A DNA stretch of 64,000 nt from an uncultured Solirubrobacterales bacterium. GTDB taxonomy: Bacteria > Actinomycetota > Thermoleophilia > Solirubrobacterales > Thermoleophilaceae. The first letter of the stretch is position 1, and each line of letters begins with the position of its first letter. Shown one piece after another: positions 10,645 to 22,189 of this stretch. A program made the position numbers and the translations under genes. The stretch lies in the NCBI GenBank assembly GCA_963718495.1, contig OY970353.1:3474988-3538987 (forward strand), written 5' to 3'. The notes under the pieces are model-generated. The model was not told the DNA's origin. It did not search any database and saw only the letters and a program-made list of their open reading frames with translations.

Positions 10645-13600
10645 CTACGCGTGCGCCGCCGTCTGGCTGGACGCGGCGGCGGCCTCTTCGAGTGCCCGCT
10701 TGTAGTCGTGCGGCATCACCTTCACGAAGTCCGCACGGGCCTTCTCCCAGTCGCCGAGCAGCCGTTCGGCGACGGGCGAGCCGGTGCGCTCGTGGTGCTC
10801 GGCGATCAGGGTGCGGACCTCCTCGGCGTCGTCGCCGACGAGCTCCTCGAGCCCGACCAGCTCCATGTTGCACAGCGCGGGGAAGGCGCCATCGGGGTCG
10901 TAGATGTAGGCCATGCCGCCGCTCATGCCGGCGGCGAAGTTGAGCCCGGTGGGGCCGATCACGACGACGCGGCCGCCGGTCATGTACTCGCAGCCGTGGT
11001 CGCCGACGCCCTCGACCACCGTGCGCGCGCCCGAGTTGCGGACCGCGAAGCGCTCGCCCGCGTAGCCGCGGAAGAACGCCTTGCCGCTGGTGGCCCCGTA
11101 GAGGACCGTGTTGCCGACCACGACGTTCTCCTCGGCCGCGAACGCGGCGTCGGGGTGCGGGTGGACGACGACCGTGCCGCCGGACAGGCCCTTGCCGACG
11201 TAGTCGTTCGCGTCGCCGGTCAGCGTGAGGCTCACGCCCGGCGCGAGCCACGCGCCGAAGCTCTGGCCGGCCGAGCCCTCGAGCCTGATGTCGATGGTGC
11301 CTTCGGGCAGCCCGGCGGCGCCGCGGGCGCGCGTGATCTCGCTCGACAGAAGGCCGCCGACCGTGCGGTTGCGGTTGCGCACCGCAACCGAGTGCTCGAC
11401 GGGCTCGCCGGAGTCGATGGCCGCGCGGCAGGCCGCGATCAGCTCGTGGTCGAGCGCGTCGTCGAGCACGGGCTCGGGAGCGCGGGTGCGATGGCGCGGC
11501 GCGTCAGGGTCGATCTCCTCCGGAACCGCCAGCAGCGGCGAGAGGTCCAGGCCGCGCGCCTTCCAGTGGTCGACCGCGTCGTCGGCCCTGAGCAGCTCGG
11601 TGCGGCCGATCAGCTCGTCGACGGTTCGCACGCCGAGGCCGGCCATCAGCTCGCGGGCCTCCTCGGCGACCATGAAGAGGTAGTTGACGACGTGCTCGGG
11701 CTGGCCCTCGAAGCGCTCACGCAGCACCGGGTCCTGGGTCGCGATGCCGACGGGGCAGGTGTTCAGATGGCAGACGCGCATCATCACGCAGCCGAGCGCG
11801 ATCAGCGGAGCCGTGGAGAACCCGTACTCGTCGGCGCCGAGCAACGCCGCGATGACCACGTCGCGGCCGGTGCGCAGCTGGCCGTCCGTCTCCACGAGGA
11901 TCCGCGAGCGCAGGTCGTTGCGCAGCAGCGTCTGCTGGGTCTCGGCGAGGCCGATCTCCCACGGGATGCCCGCGTGGTGGATCGAGGACTGCGGCGAGGC
12001 GCCCGTGCCGCCGTCGTGGCCGGCGATGACCACGTGGTCGGCGTTCGCCTTGGCGACGCCCGCGGCGACGGTGCCCACGCCGATCTCGGACACGAGCTTG
12101 ACGGAGATGCGCGCGTTCGGGTTCCCGCAGCGCAGGTCGTAGATCAGCTGCTTGAGGTCCTCGATCGAGTAGATGTCGTGGTGCGGCGGCGGCGAGATCA
12201 GGCCGACGCCCGGGGTCGAGTGGCGCAGCCGCGCGATGTAGTCGTCGACCTTGTGGCCCGGCAGCTGGCCGCCCTCGCCGGGCTTCGCGCCCTGGGCCAC
12301 CTTGATCTGCAGCTCATCGGCGTTGACGAGGTAGTCGATCGTCACTCCGAAGCGGCCCGACGCGACCTGCTTGATCGACGAGCGCCGCTCGTCGGTGAAG
12401 CGCACGGGATCCTCCCCACCCTCGCCGGTGTTCGACTTGCCACCGAGGCGGTTCATCGCCACGGCGAGCGACTCGTGCGACTCGGGCGACAGCGCGCCGA
12501 GGCTCATCCCGCCGCTCTTGAAGCGCTTGACGATGTCCTTCGCGGGCTCGACCTCGTCCAGCGGGACAGGCTCGACGTCGTCGCGCAGCTTGAGCAGCCC
12601 GCGCAGCGTCGAGCGCTTGACCGCCACGTCGTTGACGTAGGTGCGGAAGCGCTCGTAGGCGTCGGGGCCCTCGCTGCGCGCGGCGTGCTGGAGGTTCGCG
12701 ATCGTCTCGGGGTTCCAGCCGTGGAACTCCCCGTCGCGGCGCCAGGCGTAGACGCCGCCGGAGGGCAGCAGGTCGGACTCGGCGGCCGGGTAGGCGCGCG
12801 CATGGCGGTCGAGCGACTCCGCGGCCATCACGTCGAGGCCGATGCCGCCGAGGCGCGACTTCGTCCCCGTGAAATGCCGGTCGACCAGGTCGGAGTCGAT
12901 GCCGATCGCCTCGAAGATCTGCGCGCCGCTGTACGAGCGGATCGTCGAGATCCCCATCTTGGAGAGGATCTTGAGCAGGCCCTTGCCGAGCGCCCTGACG
13001 ACGGCCGCCTGGGCATCGTCGAGCTCGAGGCCGTCCGTCAGGCGGTCGTCGCGGTGCAGCGCCGAGAGCGACTCGAACATCAGGTACGGGTTCACCGCGG
13101 ACGCGCCGAAACCGATCAGGCACGCGATGTGGTGGACCTCGCGCGCCTCGCCGGTCTCGACGACGAGGCCGCAGCGCAGGCGCGTGCGCTCGCGGACGAG
13201 ATGGTGGTGCACGGCGGAGGTGGCGAGCAGGGACGGGAGCGGGGCCCGCTCGGCGCCGACGTTCCGGTCGGACAGGATCAGGATCGTCATCCCACCCTCG
13301 ACGAGGCGCGAGGCCTCCTCGCAGATCTCCTCGAGCCGGCGCTCCATGCCTCGCGCGCCCTCCGCGACCGGCCACGTGATGTCGATCGTCCGCGACTCGA
13401 ACACGTAGTGGTCGACCTGGCGGATCCGCTCGAGGCTCGTGTTGAGAACGATCGGCTGCTTCATCACGAGCTGGTGGCAGTGGTCGGCCGATTCGCCGAG
13501 CAGGTTCAGCTCCGGGCCGATGCGCGAGATCAGGCTGGTCACGACGGTCTCGCGGATCGGGTCGATCGCGGGGTTCGTGACCTGGGCGAACAGCTGCTTG

Positions 13601-15141
13601 AAGTAGTCGAACAGCGGCGGGCGCTGGTCGGAGAGCACGGCGAGGGCCTTGTCGTTGCCCATCGACCCCGACGGCTCGGCGCCGTCGCGCGCCATCGGAG
13701 CGAGCAGCACCCGGAGGTCCTCCTCGCTCCAGCCGAACGCCAGCTGGCGGGCGCGCAGCGGCTCGACGCGCGGCACGCGCGGGCTCCGCTCGGGCAGGTC
13801 GTCGATGACGACGACGCGATCGGCCATCCACTCCTTGTACGGGTGCCGGCGGGCGAGCTGGGCCTTGATCTCCTCGTCGCCGACGATGCGCTCGTCCTCG
13901 AGGTCGACGAAGAAGAGCTTGCCCGGGTGCAGGCGGCCGCGGGCGACGACCTCCTCGGGCGGAAACTCGAGCACGCCGGTCTCGGAGGCGAAGACGACCC
14001 AGCCGTCGCGCGTCTCGAGCCAGCGGCCGGGACGGAGGCCATTGCGGTCGAGCGTCGCGCCGATCACGCGGCCGTCGGAAAAGGCGACCGCCGCCGGGCC
14101 GTCCCACGGCTCCATCAGCGACCCGTGGTAGGCGAAGAAGTCCTTGACCTCCGGCGGGAGCTCCTCGCGGCCCTCATACGCCTCGGGGATGAGCATCGAG
14201 ATCGCGTGCGACGGCGAGCGGCCGCCGAGGACGAGGAGCTCGAAGACCGCGTCGAGGCTGGCCGAGTCGGACAGGTCCTCGTGCAGCAGCGGCTGAAGGT
14301 CGGAGAGGTCGGTCGGGAACCGCGGCGAGGACATCTGGTCCTCGCGCGCCCGCATCCAGTTGCGGTTGCCGCGCAGCGTGTTGATCTCGCCGTTGTGGGC
14401 GAGCATCCGATACGGGTGGGCGAGCTCCCAGCTCGGGAAGGTGTTGGTCGAGAAGCGCGAGTGGACGAGCGCGAGGCGGCTCTCCACGCGCGGATCCTTG
14501 AGATCGGGGAAGTAGCCCGGCAGCTGCGGGGCCTTGAGCATGCCCTTGTAGACGACCGTCCGGCTCGAGAAGCTCGGGAGCGCGAGGTCGGCGATGCGCT
14601 TCTGCTCGATCCGGCGGCGGATCACGTACAGGACCCGTTCGAAGGCGTCCTGATCCTCGACCTCGGATCCGGCGCCGACGATGAGCTGCGAGATGTGCGG
14701 CGCGCACGCCAGCGCGACCCGTCCGCAGTGGGTGGCGTCGGCCGGCACCTCACGCCAGCCCAGGACCTCCTGGCCCTCGGCCTTGACGATCTCCTCGATC
14801 GCCTCGGCGGCACGCTCGCGCGCCTCCACCGCGGCGGGCAGGAAACACACGCCGACGCCGTAGCGACCGAACGCGGGCAGGTCGATCCCGGCCCCGCCGA
14901 GCTCCTCACGCAGGAAGCGGTCGGGGATCTGGATCAGGATCCCGGCGCCGTCGCCCGTCTCCGGGTCGGCGCCCTCCGCCCCGCGGTGCTCCATGTTGTC
15001 CAGCGCCACCAGCGCCCGCTCGACGACCTCGTGCGAAGCGGGCGCGCGCAGGCGCGCGACGAACGCCACGCCGCAGGCGTCGTGCTCGTAGCTCGGGTCG
15101 TACAAGCCCCGGGGGGCCCCGTGTGTTGCTGTTCCGGTCAT
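10645..15141 (-). CDS. gltB: glutamate synthase large subunit
   Basis: About 1500-aa ORF. Class II amidotransferase N-terminus (..[11 protein letters not shown]), FMN and GXGXG domains. Start taken at ATG 15141. Confidence 0.95.
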   Translation of the reverse strand: MTGTATHGAPRGLYDPSYEHDACGVAFVARLRAPASHEVVERALVALDNMEHRGAEGADPETGDGAGILIQIPDRFLREELGGAGIDLPAFGRYGVGVCFLPAAVEARERAAEAIEEIVKAEGQEVLGWREVPADATHCGRVALACAPHISQLIVGAGSEVEDQDAFERVLYVIRRRIEQKRIADLALPSFSSRTVVYKGMLKAPQLPGYFPDLKDPRVESRLALVHSRFSTNTFPSWELAHPYRMLAHNGEINTLRGNRNWMRAREDQMSSPRFPTDLSDLQPLLHEDLSDSASLDAVFELLVLGGRSPSHAISMLIPEAYEGREELPPEVKDFFAYHGSLMEPWDGPAAVAFSDGRVIGATLDRNGLRPGRWLETRDGWVVFASETGVLEFPPEEVVARGRLHPGKLFFVDLEDERIVGDEEIKAQLARRHPYKEWMADRVVVIDDLPERSPRVPRVEPLRARQLAFGWSEEDLRVLLAPMARDGAEPSGSMGNDKALAVLSDQRPPLFDYFKQLFAQVTNPAIDPIRETVVTSLISRIGPELNLLGESADHCHQLVMKQPIVLNTSLERIRQVDHYVFESRTIDITWPVAEGARGMERRLEEICEEASRLVEGGMTILILSDRNVGAERAPLPSLLATSAVHHHLVRERTRLRCGLVVETGEAREVHHIACLIGFGASAVNPYLMFESLSALHRDDRLTDGLELDDAQAAVVRALGKGLLKILSKMGISTIRSYSGAQIFEAIGIDSDLVDRHFTGTKSRLGGIGLDVMAAESLDRHARAYPAAESDLLPSGGVYAWRRDGEFHGWNPETIANLQHAARSEGPDAYERFRTYVNDVAVKRSTLRGLLKLRDDVEPVPLDEVEPAKDIVKRFKSGGMSLGALSPESHESLAVAMNRLGGKSNTGEGGEDPVRFTDERRSSIKQVASGRFGVTIDYLVNADELQIKVAQGAKPGEGGQLPGHKVDDYIARLRHSTPGVGLISPPPHHDIYSIEDLKQLIYDLRCGNPNARISVKLVSEIGVGTVAAGVAKANADHVVIAGHDGGTGASPQSSIHHAGIPWEIGLAETQQTLLRNDLRSRILVETDGQLRTGRDVVIAALLGADEYGFSTAPLIALGCVMMRVCHLNTCPVGIATQDPVLRERFEGQPEHVVNYLFMVAEEARELMAGLGVRTVDELIGRTELLRADDAVDHWKARGLDLSPLLAVPEEIDPDAPRHRTRAPEPVLDDALDHELIAACRAAIDSGEPVEHSVAVRNRNRTVGGLLSSEITRARGAAGLPEGTIDIRLEGSAGQSFGAWLAPGVSLTLTGDANDYVGKGLSGGTVVVHPHPDAAFAAEENVVVGNTVLYGATSGKAFFRGYAGERFAVRNSGARTVVEGVGDHGCEYMTGGRVVVIGPTGLNFAAGMSGGMAYIYDPDGAFPALCNMELVGLEELVGDDAEEVRTLIAEHHERTGSPVAERLLGDWEKARADFVKVMPHDYKRALEEAAAASSQTAAHA

Positions 15142-15251
15142 AGATGAGAGTCCCCCGACAGGGGCTGCTGGCACTGTCGACGGCTCGCACAGAGTACCAG
15201 CGGCGGGCCGGATTTCGGCCCCAGACGAAGCTCTGCGATGATCGCCCGAGC

Positions 15252-16031
15252 ATGGCCACGACCATCACCGTCCTCTCCCAGAAGGGCGGCACCGGCAAGA
15301 CCACCACGACCCGCACCCTGTGCGACGTCCTGCGCCGCGCCGGGATGAAGGTGCTCGCGGTGGATCTCGACCCGCAGGGCAACCTGTCCGACTACTTCGA
15401 CGTGCCCGCCGACGCCGACCCGACGATCGCCGACGTGCTGGCCGGCCGGGCGCGCGCGCTGGACGCGATCCACGACGACGTCCTCCCCGCGAACCTCGGG
15501 CTCGCCGAGGCCGAGCTGGTGCTGAGCGGGAAGATGGGCCGCGAGATGACGCTGCGGCGGGCGCTGCGCGAGCCGGGCCGCCAGTACGACGCGATCCTGA
15601 TCGACTGCCCGCCCTCGCTCGGACTCCTGACCGTCAACGCGATAGTCGCCGCCGACCAAGCGCTGATCTCGAGCGAGGCCGAGTACTTCTCCCTGCAGGG
15701 TGTCGAGCAGGCGCTCGAGGTGGTCGAGCTGGCCAAGGAGAACCTCCACCCGGACCTCGAGCTGCTCGGCGTGGTCCTCAACATCGCCGACCTGCGAACC
15801 AACCACGCGCGCGAGGCGCACCGCCAGCTCAAGGAGCGGTTCGGCGACAAGGTCTTCTCGACGCCGATCCGGCGGTCGGTGGCCTACGCCGAGTCGGCCG
15901 AGCGCGGGGTCTCGATCCTCGACAGCCGGCCGGACCTCGGCAGCGACTACCTGGCGCTCGCGTCCGAGGTGGCGGAGCGCCTCGGCTGGGAGGCCGAGCA
16001 CGAGACGATCCGCACGCTCGCTCCGGCCTGA
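15252..16031 (+). CDS. ParA/Soj-family ATPase (orphan, no parB nearby)
   Basis: ATG 15252 in the frame of ORF 15144..16031. Deviant Walker [11 protein letters not shown]; DCPPSLG. Confidence 0.85.
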   Translation: MATTITVLSQKGGTGKTTTTRTLCDVLRRAGMKVLAVDLDPQGNLSDYFDVPADADPTIADVLAGRARALDAIHDDVLPANLGLAEAELVLSGKMGREMTLRRALREPGRQYDAILIDCPPSLGLLTVNAIVAADQALISSEAEYFSLQGVEQALEVVELAKENLHPDLELLGVVLNIADLRTNHAREAHRQLKERFGDKVFSTPIRRSVAYAESAERGVSILDSRPDLGSDYLALASEVAERLGWEAEHETIRTLAPA

Positions 16032-16063
16032 GCCGGCGCGGCCGAGGGAATAGTCTCCCGCCC

Positions 16064-17488
16064 GTGTCCGACTTGCTGAGGGAGTCCGCGCTGGGGTTGG
16101 CGGAGAAGGTGCGGTCCGGGGAGGTCAGCTCACGCGAGCTGGTTCAGGCCTCGCTCGACCGGATCGCCGCCACCGAATCTCTGAACCACTTCACGCTGGT
16201 CGACGCCGAGGCGGCGCTGGCGGCGGCCGACGAGGTGAAACCCGGCGACCCACGCCTGTTCGCGGGCGTGCCGTTCCCGATCAAGGACCTGTTCGCCCCG
16301 GTCGCCGGCTGGCGGATGGCGCAGGGCTCGGACCTGCTCGGCGAATTCACACCCGACTACGACTACGCCCAGGTGCGCAGGTTCCGCGAGGCCGGCTTCA
16401 TCCTCATCGGCAAGACGCAGACGCCGGAGTTCGGGATCCTGCCCGTGACCGAGCCGCGCCGTTTCGGCCCCGCCCGCAACCCGTGGGATCCCGAGCGGAC
16501 CACCGGCGGCTCCAGCGGCGGCGCCGGCGGGGCGGTGGCGGCAGGCGTCGTTCCCGCCGCCCACGCCAGCGACGGCGGCGGCTCGATCCGCATCCCGGCG
16601 GCGTGCAACGGCCTCGTCGGCCTCAAGCCGGCGCGCGGGCGTATCTCGCGCGCGCCGGACCTCGGCGACCACTTCCTCTCCACCGACGGCGTGCTCACCC
16701 GCACGGTCGCGGACTCGGCGGCCCTGCTCGACCTCATGTCGGGGCCCGAGCACGGCGACGCCACGTGGGCACCGCCCCCCGAGGCCCCGTTCGCCGAGCT
16801 GGCGCAGCGGGATCCCGGGCAGCTGCGCATCGCCCTGACCATGGACCTGCCGGTCGAGGGCGAGCTCGACCCGGAGTGCGAGCGGGGCGCCCGCGAGGCG
16901 GCCAAGCTGCTCGAGTCGCTCGGCCATCGCGTCGAGGAGGTCACGGCGCCGTGGAAGGACGCCGACCTGCTGCCGACTTTCACGGTCCTGTGGTCCGTGG
17001 GCGTGGCCGCCAGCGTGATGCACGGCGAGATCGTCAGCGGCAACAAGGCCGGCCCGGACACCGTCGAGCCGCTCACCCAGTGGCTGCACGAGACCGGGTT
17101 CGGGTTCTCGGGGCCCGAGCACGTCGGCGCCACGGTGATGCTGCAGGCGTTCTCGCGCGGGGTCCTGGCCCTCTGGCGGGAGTACGACCTCGTCCTCACC
17201 CCGGCCCTGGGCAAGCGGCCCGTGAAGCACGGCGAGATCGACCCGTGCGGCGAGAACCCCGCGTACGAGTTCAAGAAGTCGGGCGAGTTCACCCCGTACA
17301 CGGCGACATCGAACGTGACCGGGCAGCCGGCGATCTCCATCCCGGTGTTCCAGGGGGACGACGGCCTCCCCACCGGGGTGCAGCTCATCGGTCCCCCGGT
17401 CGGCGAAGGACTCCTCCTCGCCGTGGCGCGCCAGCTCGAGGAGGCATCCCCCTGGGCCGGCCGGGTACCACCGGAACCTACGGGCTGA
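16064..17488 (+). CDS. amidase (amidase-signature family)
   Basis: GTG 16064 in the frame of ORF 15320..17488. Motifs GGSSGGAGGAVA and GSIRIPAA. Confidence 0.85.
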   Translation: MSDLLRESALGLAEKVRSGEVSSRELVQASLDRIAATESLNHFTLVDAEAALAAADEVKPGDPRLFAGVPFPIKDLFAPVAGWRMAQGSDLLGEFTPDYDYAQVRRFREAGFILIGKTQTPEFGILPVTEPRRFGPARNPWDPERTTGGSSGGAGGAVAAGVVPAAHASDGGGSIRIPAACNGLVGLKPARGRISRAPDLGDHFLSTDGVLTRTVADSAALLDLMSGPEHGDATWAPPPEAPFAELAQRDPGQLRIALTMDLPVEGELDPECERGAREAAKLLESLGHRVEEVTAPWKDADLLPTFTVLWSVGVAASVMHGEIVSGNKAGPDTVEPLTQWLHETGFGFSGPEHVGATVMLQAFSRGVLALWREYDLVLTPALGKRPVKHGEIDPCGENPAYEFKKSGEFTPYTATSNVTGQPAISIPVFQGDDGLPTGVQLIGPPVGEGLLLAVARQLEEASPWAGRVPPEPTG

Positions 17489-17543
17489 AGCCGGGTTCAC
17501 CGCTACGGTGACTGCGTCCCGTCCGGGACGCACCACCGCTGCC

Positions 17544-19923
17544 ATGCCCAACCGCTCGCTCAAGACACTGCTCCTCGCCGCCGTGGTCCTGGCCGCCCTG
17601 GCCGGCACCGCCCAGGGCCAGCTCGGCCGCACGACAGCGGGCGGGACGATCCAGCCGCTCGGGCCCCTCGACGGGTCCAGGCCCGGCTTCGCGGCCCTCG
17701 GCGACGGCCCGGGCACCGCACGCGTGGTGCGCGAGCTGCCCCGCGCCAAGGCGCAGGTGAACCGCAGCAAGCGGCGGCGCTCGCTCGCCTACTTCGCCCA
17801 GCTCAGCGACTTCCAGCTCGCGGACGAGGAGTCGCCGGCGCGCATCGAGCTGTTCGACAACCGCCCGACCGGTCTCTACTCGTGGCGCCCGCAGGAGGCG
17901 CTGATGCCGTTCGTGATCGACGCGTCGATGCGCCAGCTGTCCAACTTCACGCAGGCCAGCCCGAACCGCACGCGCGGCGGCTTCAGGGCGTTGATGAACT
18001 TCGCGCTCGTCACCGGCGACCAGGCCGACAACCAGCAACTGAACGAGAACCTCTGGTCGCGCGACCTGATCGAGGGCGGCCGGACGATCAACCCGAACAG
18101 CGGCGAGCGCAAGAACGACTACGCCGAGTGCAAGCCGTTCGACGAGCTCGCGCTGAAGGGCCGTCCGTACGACGAGGCGCAGCGCTACACCGGCGTCCAG
18201 GACTACGACGACTACGAGATCGGCAACGGCAGCGGCAACTTCTACGACCCCGACGAGCCGGCCGGCCTCTTCGACCAGTGGCCCGCCTACCCGGGCCTGA
18301 TGGACCGGGCCGAGAAGCCGTTCGTGTCCCACGGCCTGCGCCGCGGCAGCGCGAGCGTGCCGACCTACGTCGCCAACGGAAACCACGACGGCGGCGTCCA
18401 GGGCAACCTCAACACCAACGCCACCGACGAGCAGCTCGTCGTCGGCTGCTTCAAGCCCTTCGACAGCAATCCCGCGGCGACCCTCTCGGCCCGCGGCGCC
18501 TTCGCGCAGGGCCAGGGCTTCCCGGTGCCGCCGGATCCCGGCCGGCGCTTCTCCGACCGCGTCGAGCTGAAGCGCATCTACTCGCTCGGCACGCAGGGCG
18601 ACGCGCACGGGTTCGCCAAGGTGAACCCCGGCGAGAACCAGGCGTCCGGCTACTCGGCGAGCTACTACAGCTTCGACCCGCGGCCGGGCCTGCGCTTCAT
18701 CTCGCTCGACACGGTCTCCGAGGGCGGCTCCGTCATCGGCTCCCCGGCCGGCAACATCGACGAGCCCCAGTGGCGCTGGCTCGTGGGGCGAGCTCGAGGA
18801 CGCCAAGGCCACCGGCAGGCTCGTGGTCCTCTACGGCCACCACCCCACCCGCTCGCTCAGCTCCGCGACGCCCGACGAGGCCGCCGGCTCGTGCTCGGGC
18901 AGCTACCCGAGCGCCGGCGGCGCCTACTCCGGGCCGCCGAACGCCGCCGGCGTCCGGCACGGGATCGGCTGCGACCTCGACCCGCGCAGTTCCGTCCCGA
19001 TGCACCTCGGGCCCGAGGTGGTGTCGCTGTTCGACCGCTACCCCAACGTGATCGCCTACGTGGCGGGCCACGCCCACGCGAACCGCGTCTACGGGTGTGG
19101 CCGGGCCGCGGGCTGCCCGAAGAACTCCAACTGGTGGGAGATCACCACGGCCGCCATCGCCGACTGGCCGCAACAGCAGCGACTGCTCGAGGTCATGGAC
19201 AACGCCGACGGCACGGTCTCCATCATCGGCACGCCGGTCGACCACGCCGCGCCCGCCGCGGTGCCGCCGCCCGGCACGCCGGCCGCCTCGCTGACCACCG
19301 ATCAACTCGCCTCGCTCGGCCGCTCCTTCGCGTGGAACGACCCGCAGGTGGCTCCCGGCGCCACCGGCGCCGCGCGCGACCGCGACGTCGAGCTGATCGT
19401 CCGCGACCCCCGCCAGGGCAAGGGCGCCGGCCTGTGCGCCGTCGCGTCGAAGAAGTCCCCGAAGAGCAAGACGGTTGACCGCGCCGTGCTCGGCCGCGCC
19501 CGGACGAGCGTCCGCAAGGCCTACCCGAAGGCCAGCCTGACGAAGAAGACGACGGCCTTCGACACCTACTGCCTCGTCGGCGGCGGCACGATCCGGACCG
19601 GCCACCCGACGCTCAAAATGCTGCTCCCGCTCAGCAAGCGCGAGCGGCGGCGGATCAACAGGCGCACGGTGATCTCCCTCTCGGCGCGCAAGACTCACAA
19701 GCTCAAGGGCGTGCGGCCGGGCTCGTCGGAGAAGACGGTCCGCAGGCGCTTCCGCAAGGTCAAGCCGATCCGCATCGGCTCCTCGCGCTGGTACCTGGCG
19801 CGGGCGCCCAAGGCACGCATCGTCGTCCGCGTGCGGCGCGGCAAGGTGGCCGAGGTCGGCCTCGCCGACAAGAAGCTGACCGCCTCACGCAAGGCCGCGA
19901 CGCGGTTCCTGCGCTCGCTGTAG
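17544..19923 (+). pseudogene. secreted calcineurin-like metallophosphoesterase with basic C-terminal module; one frameshift
   Basis: Signal peptide MPNRSLKTLLLAAVVLAALAGTAQG. Motifs GDQADN, NGNHDG, LYGHHP, AGHAHAN. The frame switches from ORF 17508 to ORF 18823 at the GGGG run 18785-18788; removing one G restores ..QWRWLVGELEDAKATGRLVVLYGHHP.. Confidence 0.75.
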
Positions 19924-19928
19924 CCGGG

Positions 19929-19951
19929 GCGCCGGCCTCGGCCGCCGGCGC
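19929..19951. terminator. GC hairpin between convergent genes (candidate bidirectional terminator)
   Basis: gcgccggc-ctcggcc-gccggcgc: an 8-bp perfect stem with a 7-nt loop. No U-tract. Confidence 0.3.
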
Positions 19952-20340
19952 TACAGGCCGTCGAGGACCGCGGCGTCGCGTTCGTACGTCAGCAGCGCGC
20001 GGGCCTCGGCCGGCCCCAGCCAGCGCAGCTCGTCGACCTCGTCGTTCGGAGCGAACTCGCCATCCAGCACCGTCATCCGCCAGTAGCGCACCTGCTTGAA
20101 GCGGCCCTTGCGGTCGTGGTACTCGGTGCCGGGCACCTCCGCGCCGAGCTCGCAGCGCAGCCCCGTCTCCTCGAGCACCTCGCGCAGGGCGGCCTCCTCG
20201 AAGCCCTCGCCGGGGTCGAGCTTGCCCTTCGGAAGGCTCCAGTCGTCGTAGTGCGGGCGATGGACGAGCAGGATCTCGAGCCCGGCCGCGGTGTCGCGGG
20301 TGACGAGGCCGCCCGCGGCGAACACCTCGTACCTGCTCAA
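19951..20340 (-). CDS. NUDIX hydrolase
   Basis: Nudix box GKLDPGEGFEEAALREVLEETG. Proposed TTG start 20340 overlaps the thrB stop (TTGA). Confidence 0.75.
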   Translation of the reverse strand: MSRYEVFAAGGLVTRDTAAGLEILLVHRPHYDDWSLPKGKLDPGEGFEEAALREVLEETGLRCELGAEVPGTEYHDRKGRFKQVRYWRMTVLDGEFAPNDEVDELRWLGPAEARALLTYERDAAVLDGL

Positions 20341-21194
20341 CCGAGCTCCTTGACGTCGGCGCCCCCGGGCGCGAACTGCACCCGGCGCGCCACGCACTCC
20401 GGCGCAGCCCGGCTCAGCGCGTCGAGCACGCCGCCGGTCTGCTCCCAATGGCACCAGAAGAGCACTGTGGGGCCCGCGCCGGAGATCGTCGCCCCGACCG
20501 CGCCGAGCTCTTGCGCCCGGCCGACCAGCTCCATCGAGCGTGGGTAGAGATGAGCCCGCCGGTCCTGGTGGATCCTGTCGGCCAGGCCGCGGCCGATCAG
20601 CGAGAAGTCATCGCGCACGAGGCCGAGCGTGAGCAGCGAGGCGCTGGCGATGTTGTGGACGGCGTCGGCGATCGGCACCTCGGCCGGAAGCGCCTCTCGG
20701 GCCGCCGTGGTGGCGACCGGATCGGGCGGGATCGCCAGCACCCCCTCGAGGCCCTCCGGCGGCTCGAAGCGCACCGGGTCGCCCCCGTCGCAGATCACGA
20801 AGCCGCCGAAGAGGGCGGCCGCGACGTTGTCGGGATGCCCTTCGAGCTCCACGGCGCGGTCGAACAGGGACGCGTCGAGCTCGTACATGTGGTCCGCCGC
20901 GACCAGCCCGGCGACGATCGCCGCCGCGCTCGACCCCAGCCCGCGGGAGTTGGGGATCTCCGAGGTGATCCGGAAGTGGATGCCGTCGGCCGGGTGCAGC
21001 GCCTCGAAAGCGCGCACGCAGAGGTTCGTCCGGTCGAGCGGGATGCCGGGGATGTCGCACTCCACGCCGAAGGTCCCCGTCTCCGAGACCTCGAGCACCA
21101 GCTCGAGGTCGACGGCAGCGGCGAGGACGTCGTAGCCCGGGCCGAGGTTGGCCGACGAGGCCGGCACGATCACCAGCCGGCGGCGGTTGGTCAC
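20337..21194 (-). CDS. thrB: homoserine kinase
   Basis: GHMP kinase motif [16 protein letters not shown] 21194 overlaps the thrC stop (GTGA). Confidence 0.9.
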   Translation of the reverse strand: MTNRRRLVIVPASSANLGPGYDVLAAAVDLELVLEVSETGTFGVECDIPGIPLDRTNLCVRAFEALHPADGIHFRITSEIPNSRGLGSSAAAIVAGLVAADHMYELDASLFDRAVELEGHPDNVAAALFGGFVICDGGDPVRFEPPEGLEGVLAIPPDPVATTAAREALPAEVPIADAVHNIASASLLTLGLVRDDFSLIGRGLADRIHQDRRAHLYPRSMELVGRAQELGAVGATISGAGPTVLFWCHWEQTGGVLDALSRAAPECVARRVQFAPGGADVKELG

Positions 21195-22189
21195 CGGTCC
21201 CCCAGGACCGCGGCCTCGACCGCGTCGAGCTCGGCCTTGCAGGGGATCACGGACGCGGCCTGGTCGATCGCGGTCTGCGGATCCTTGAGGCCATGCCCGG
21301 TCAGCGCGCAGACGACCTTCCCGGTCGCCCCGTGCTTCAGCAGGCCCGCCACCGACGCGGCCGAGGCCGGCTCGCAGAAGATCCCCTCGCGGGAGGCCAG
21401 CAGCTTGTACGCGCTGAGGATCTCGGCGTCGGTGACCGCCCGCACCTGGCCGCGCGAGGCGGTGAACGCGTTCATCGCGTCCTCCCAGCGCGCCGGATTG
21501 CCGATGCGGATCGCCGAGGCCACGGTCTCGGGCTGGGCGACCGGCGCGCCGTCGACCAGCGGCGCCGCGCCCGCGGCCTGGTAGCCGTGCAGCACGGGGG
21601 CGGCGTCCATCTCCCCGAAGCCCTTCCACCAGGCCGTGACGTTGCCGGCATTGCCGACGGGGATGCAGAGCGTGTCGGGGGCCTCCCCGAGCTGGTCGAG
21701 CACCTCGAAGGCGGCAGTCTTCTGGCCCTCGATCCGGTACTTGTTGACCGAGTTCACCAGCGCGATCGGGTGCTTGTCGGTGAGCTCCCGCACGAGCGCG
21801 AGCGCCTCATCGAAGTTGCCCCGCAGCGAGATCACGCGCGCGCCGTGCATCAGCGCCTGCGCGAGCTTCCCCGTCGCGATCTTGCCCTCGGGCACGATCA
21901 CCGCCCCGTTGAGACCGGCGCGCGCGGCATAGGCGGCCGCGCTCGCGGCGGTGTTGCCGGTCGATGCGCAGATCACCGCCTCCGCCCCCTCCTCGACCGC
22001 GGCCGACACGGCCACGGTCATCCCGCGGTCCTTGAACGAGCCGGTCGGATTGGCGCCCTCGAGCTTCAGGTAAACCTCACAGCCGGTCTCGCGCGAGAGG
22101 TACGGCGCGGGCACGAGCGGCGTCCAGCCCTCCTCGAGGGAGACGAGGGGCTCGACCGGCAGCTTGTCCGCGTACCGCCAGAGGCTCAC
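21191..22189 (-). CDS. thrC: threonine synthase
   Basis: PLP-lysine motif [11 protein letters not shown] 22189 overlaps the hom stop (ATGA). Confidence 0.9.
   Translation of the reverse strand: MSLWRYADKLPVEPLVSLEEGWTPLVPAPYLSRETGCEVYLKLEGANPTGSFKDRGMTVAVSAAVEEGAEAVICASTGNTAASAAAYAARAGLNGAVIVPEGKIATGKLAQALMHGARVISLRGNFDEALALVRELTDKHPIALVNSVNKYRIEGQKTAAFEVLDQLGEAPDTLCIPVGNAGNVTAWWKGFGEMDAAPVLHGYQAAGAAPLVDGAPVAQPETVASAIRIGNPARWEDAMNAFTASRGQVRAVTDAEILSAYKLLASREGIFCEPASAASVAGLLKHGATGKVVCALTGHGLKDPQTAIDQAASVIPCKAELDAVEAAVLGDR

Noticed and set aside
10651-15147. 1498-aa + strand ORF
   Set aside because: It is the antisense shadow of gltB. Only the minus-strand product carries the glutamate synthase domains.
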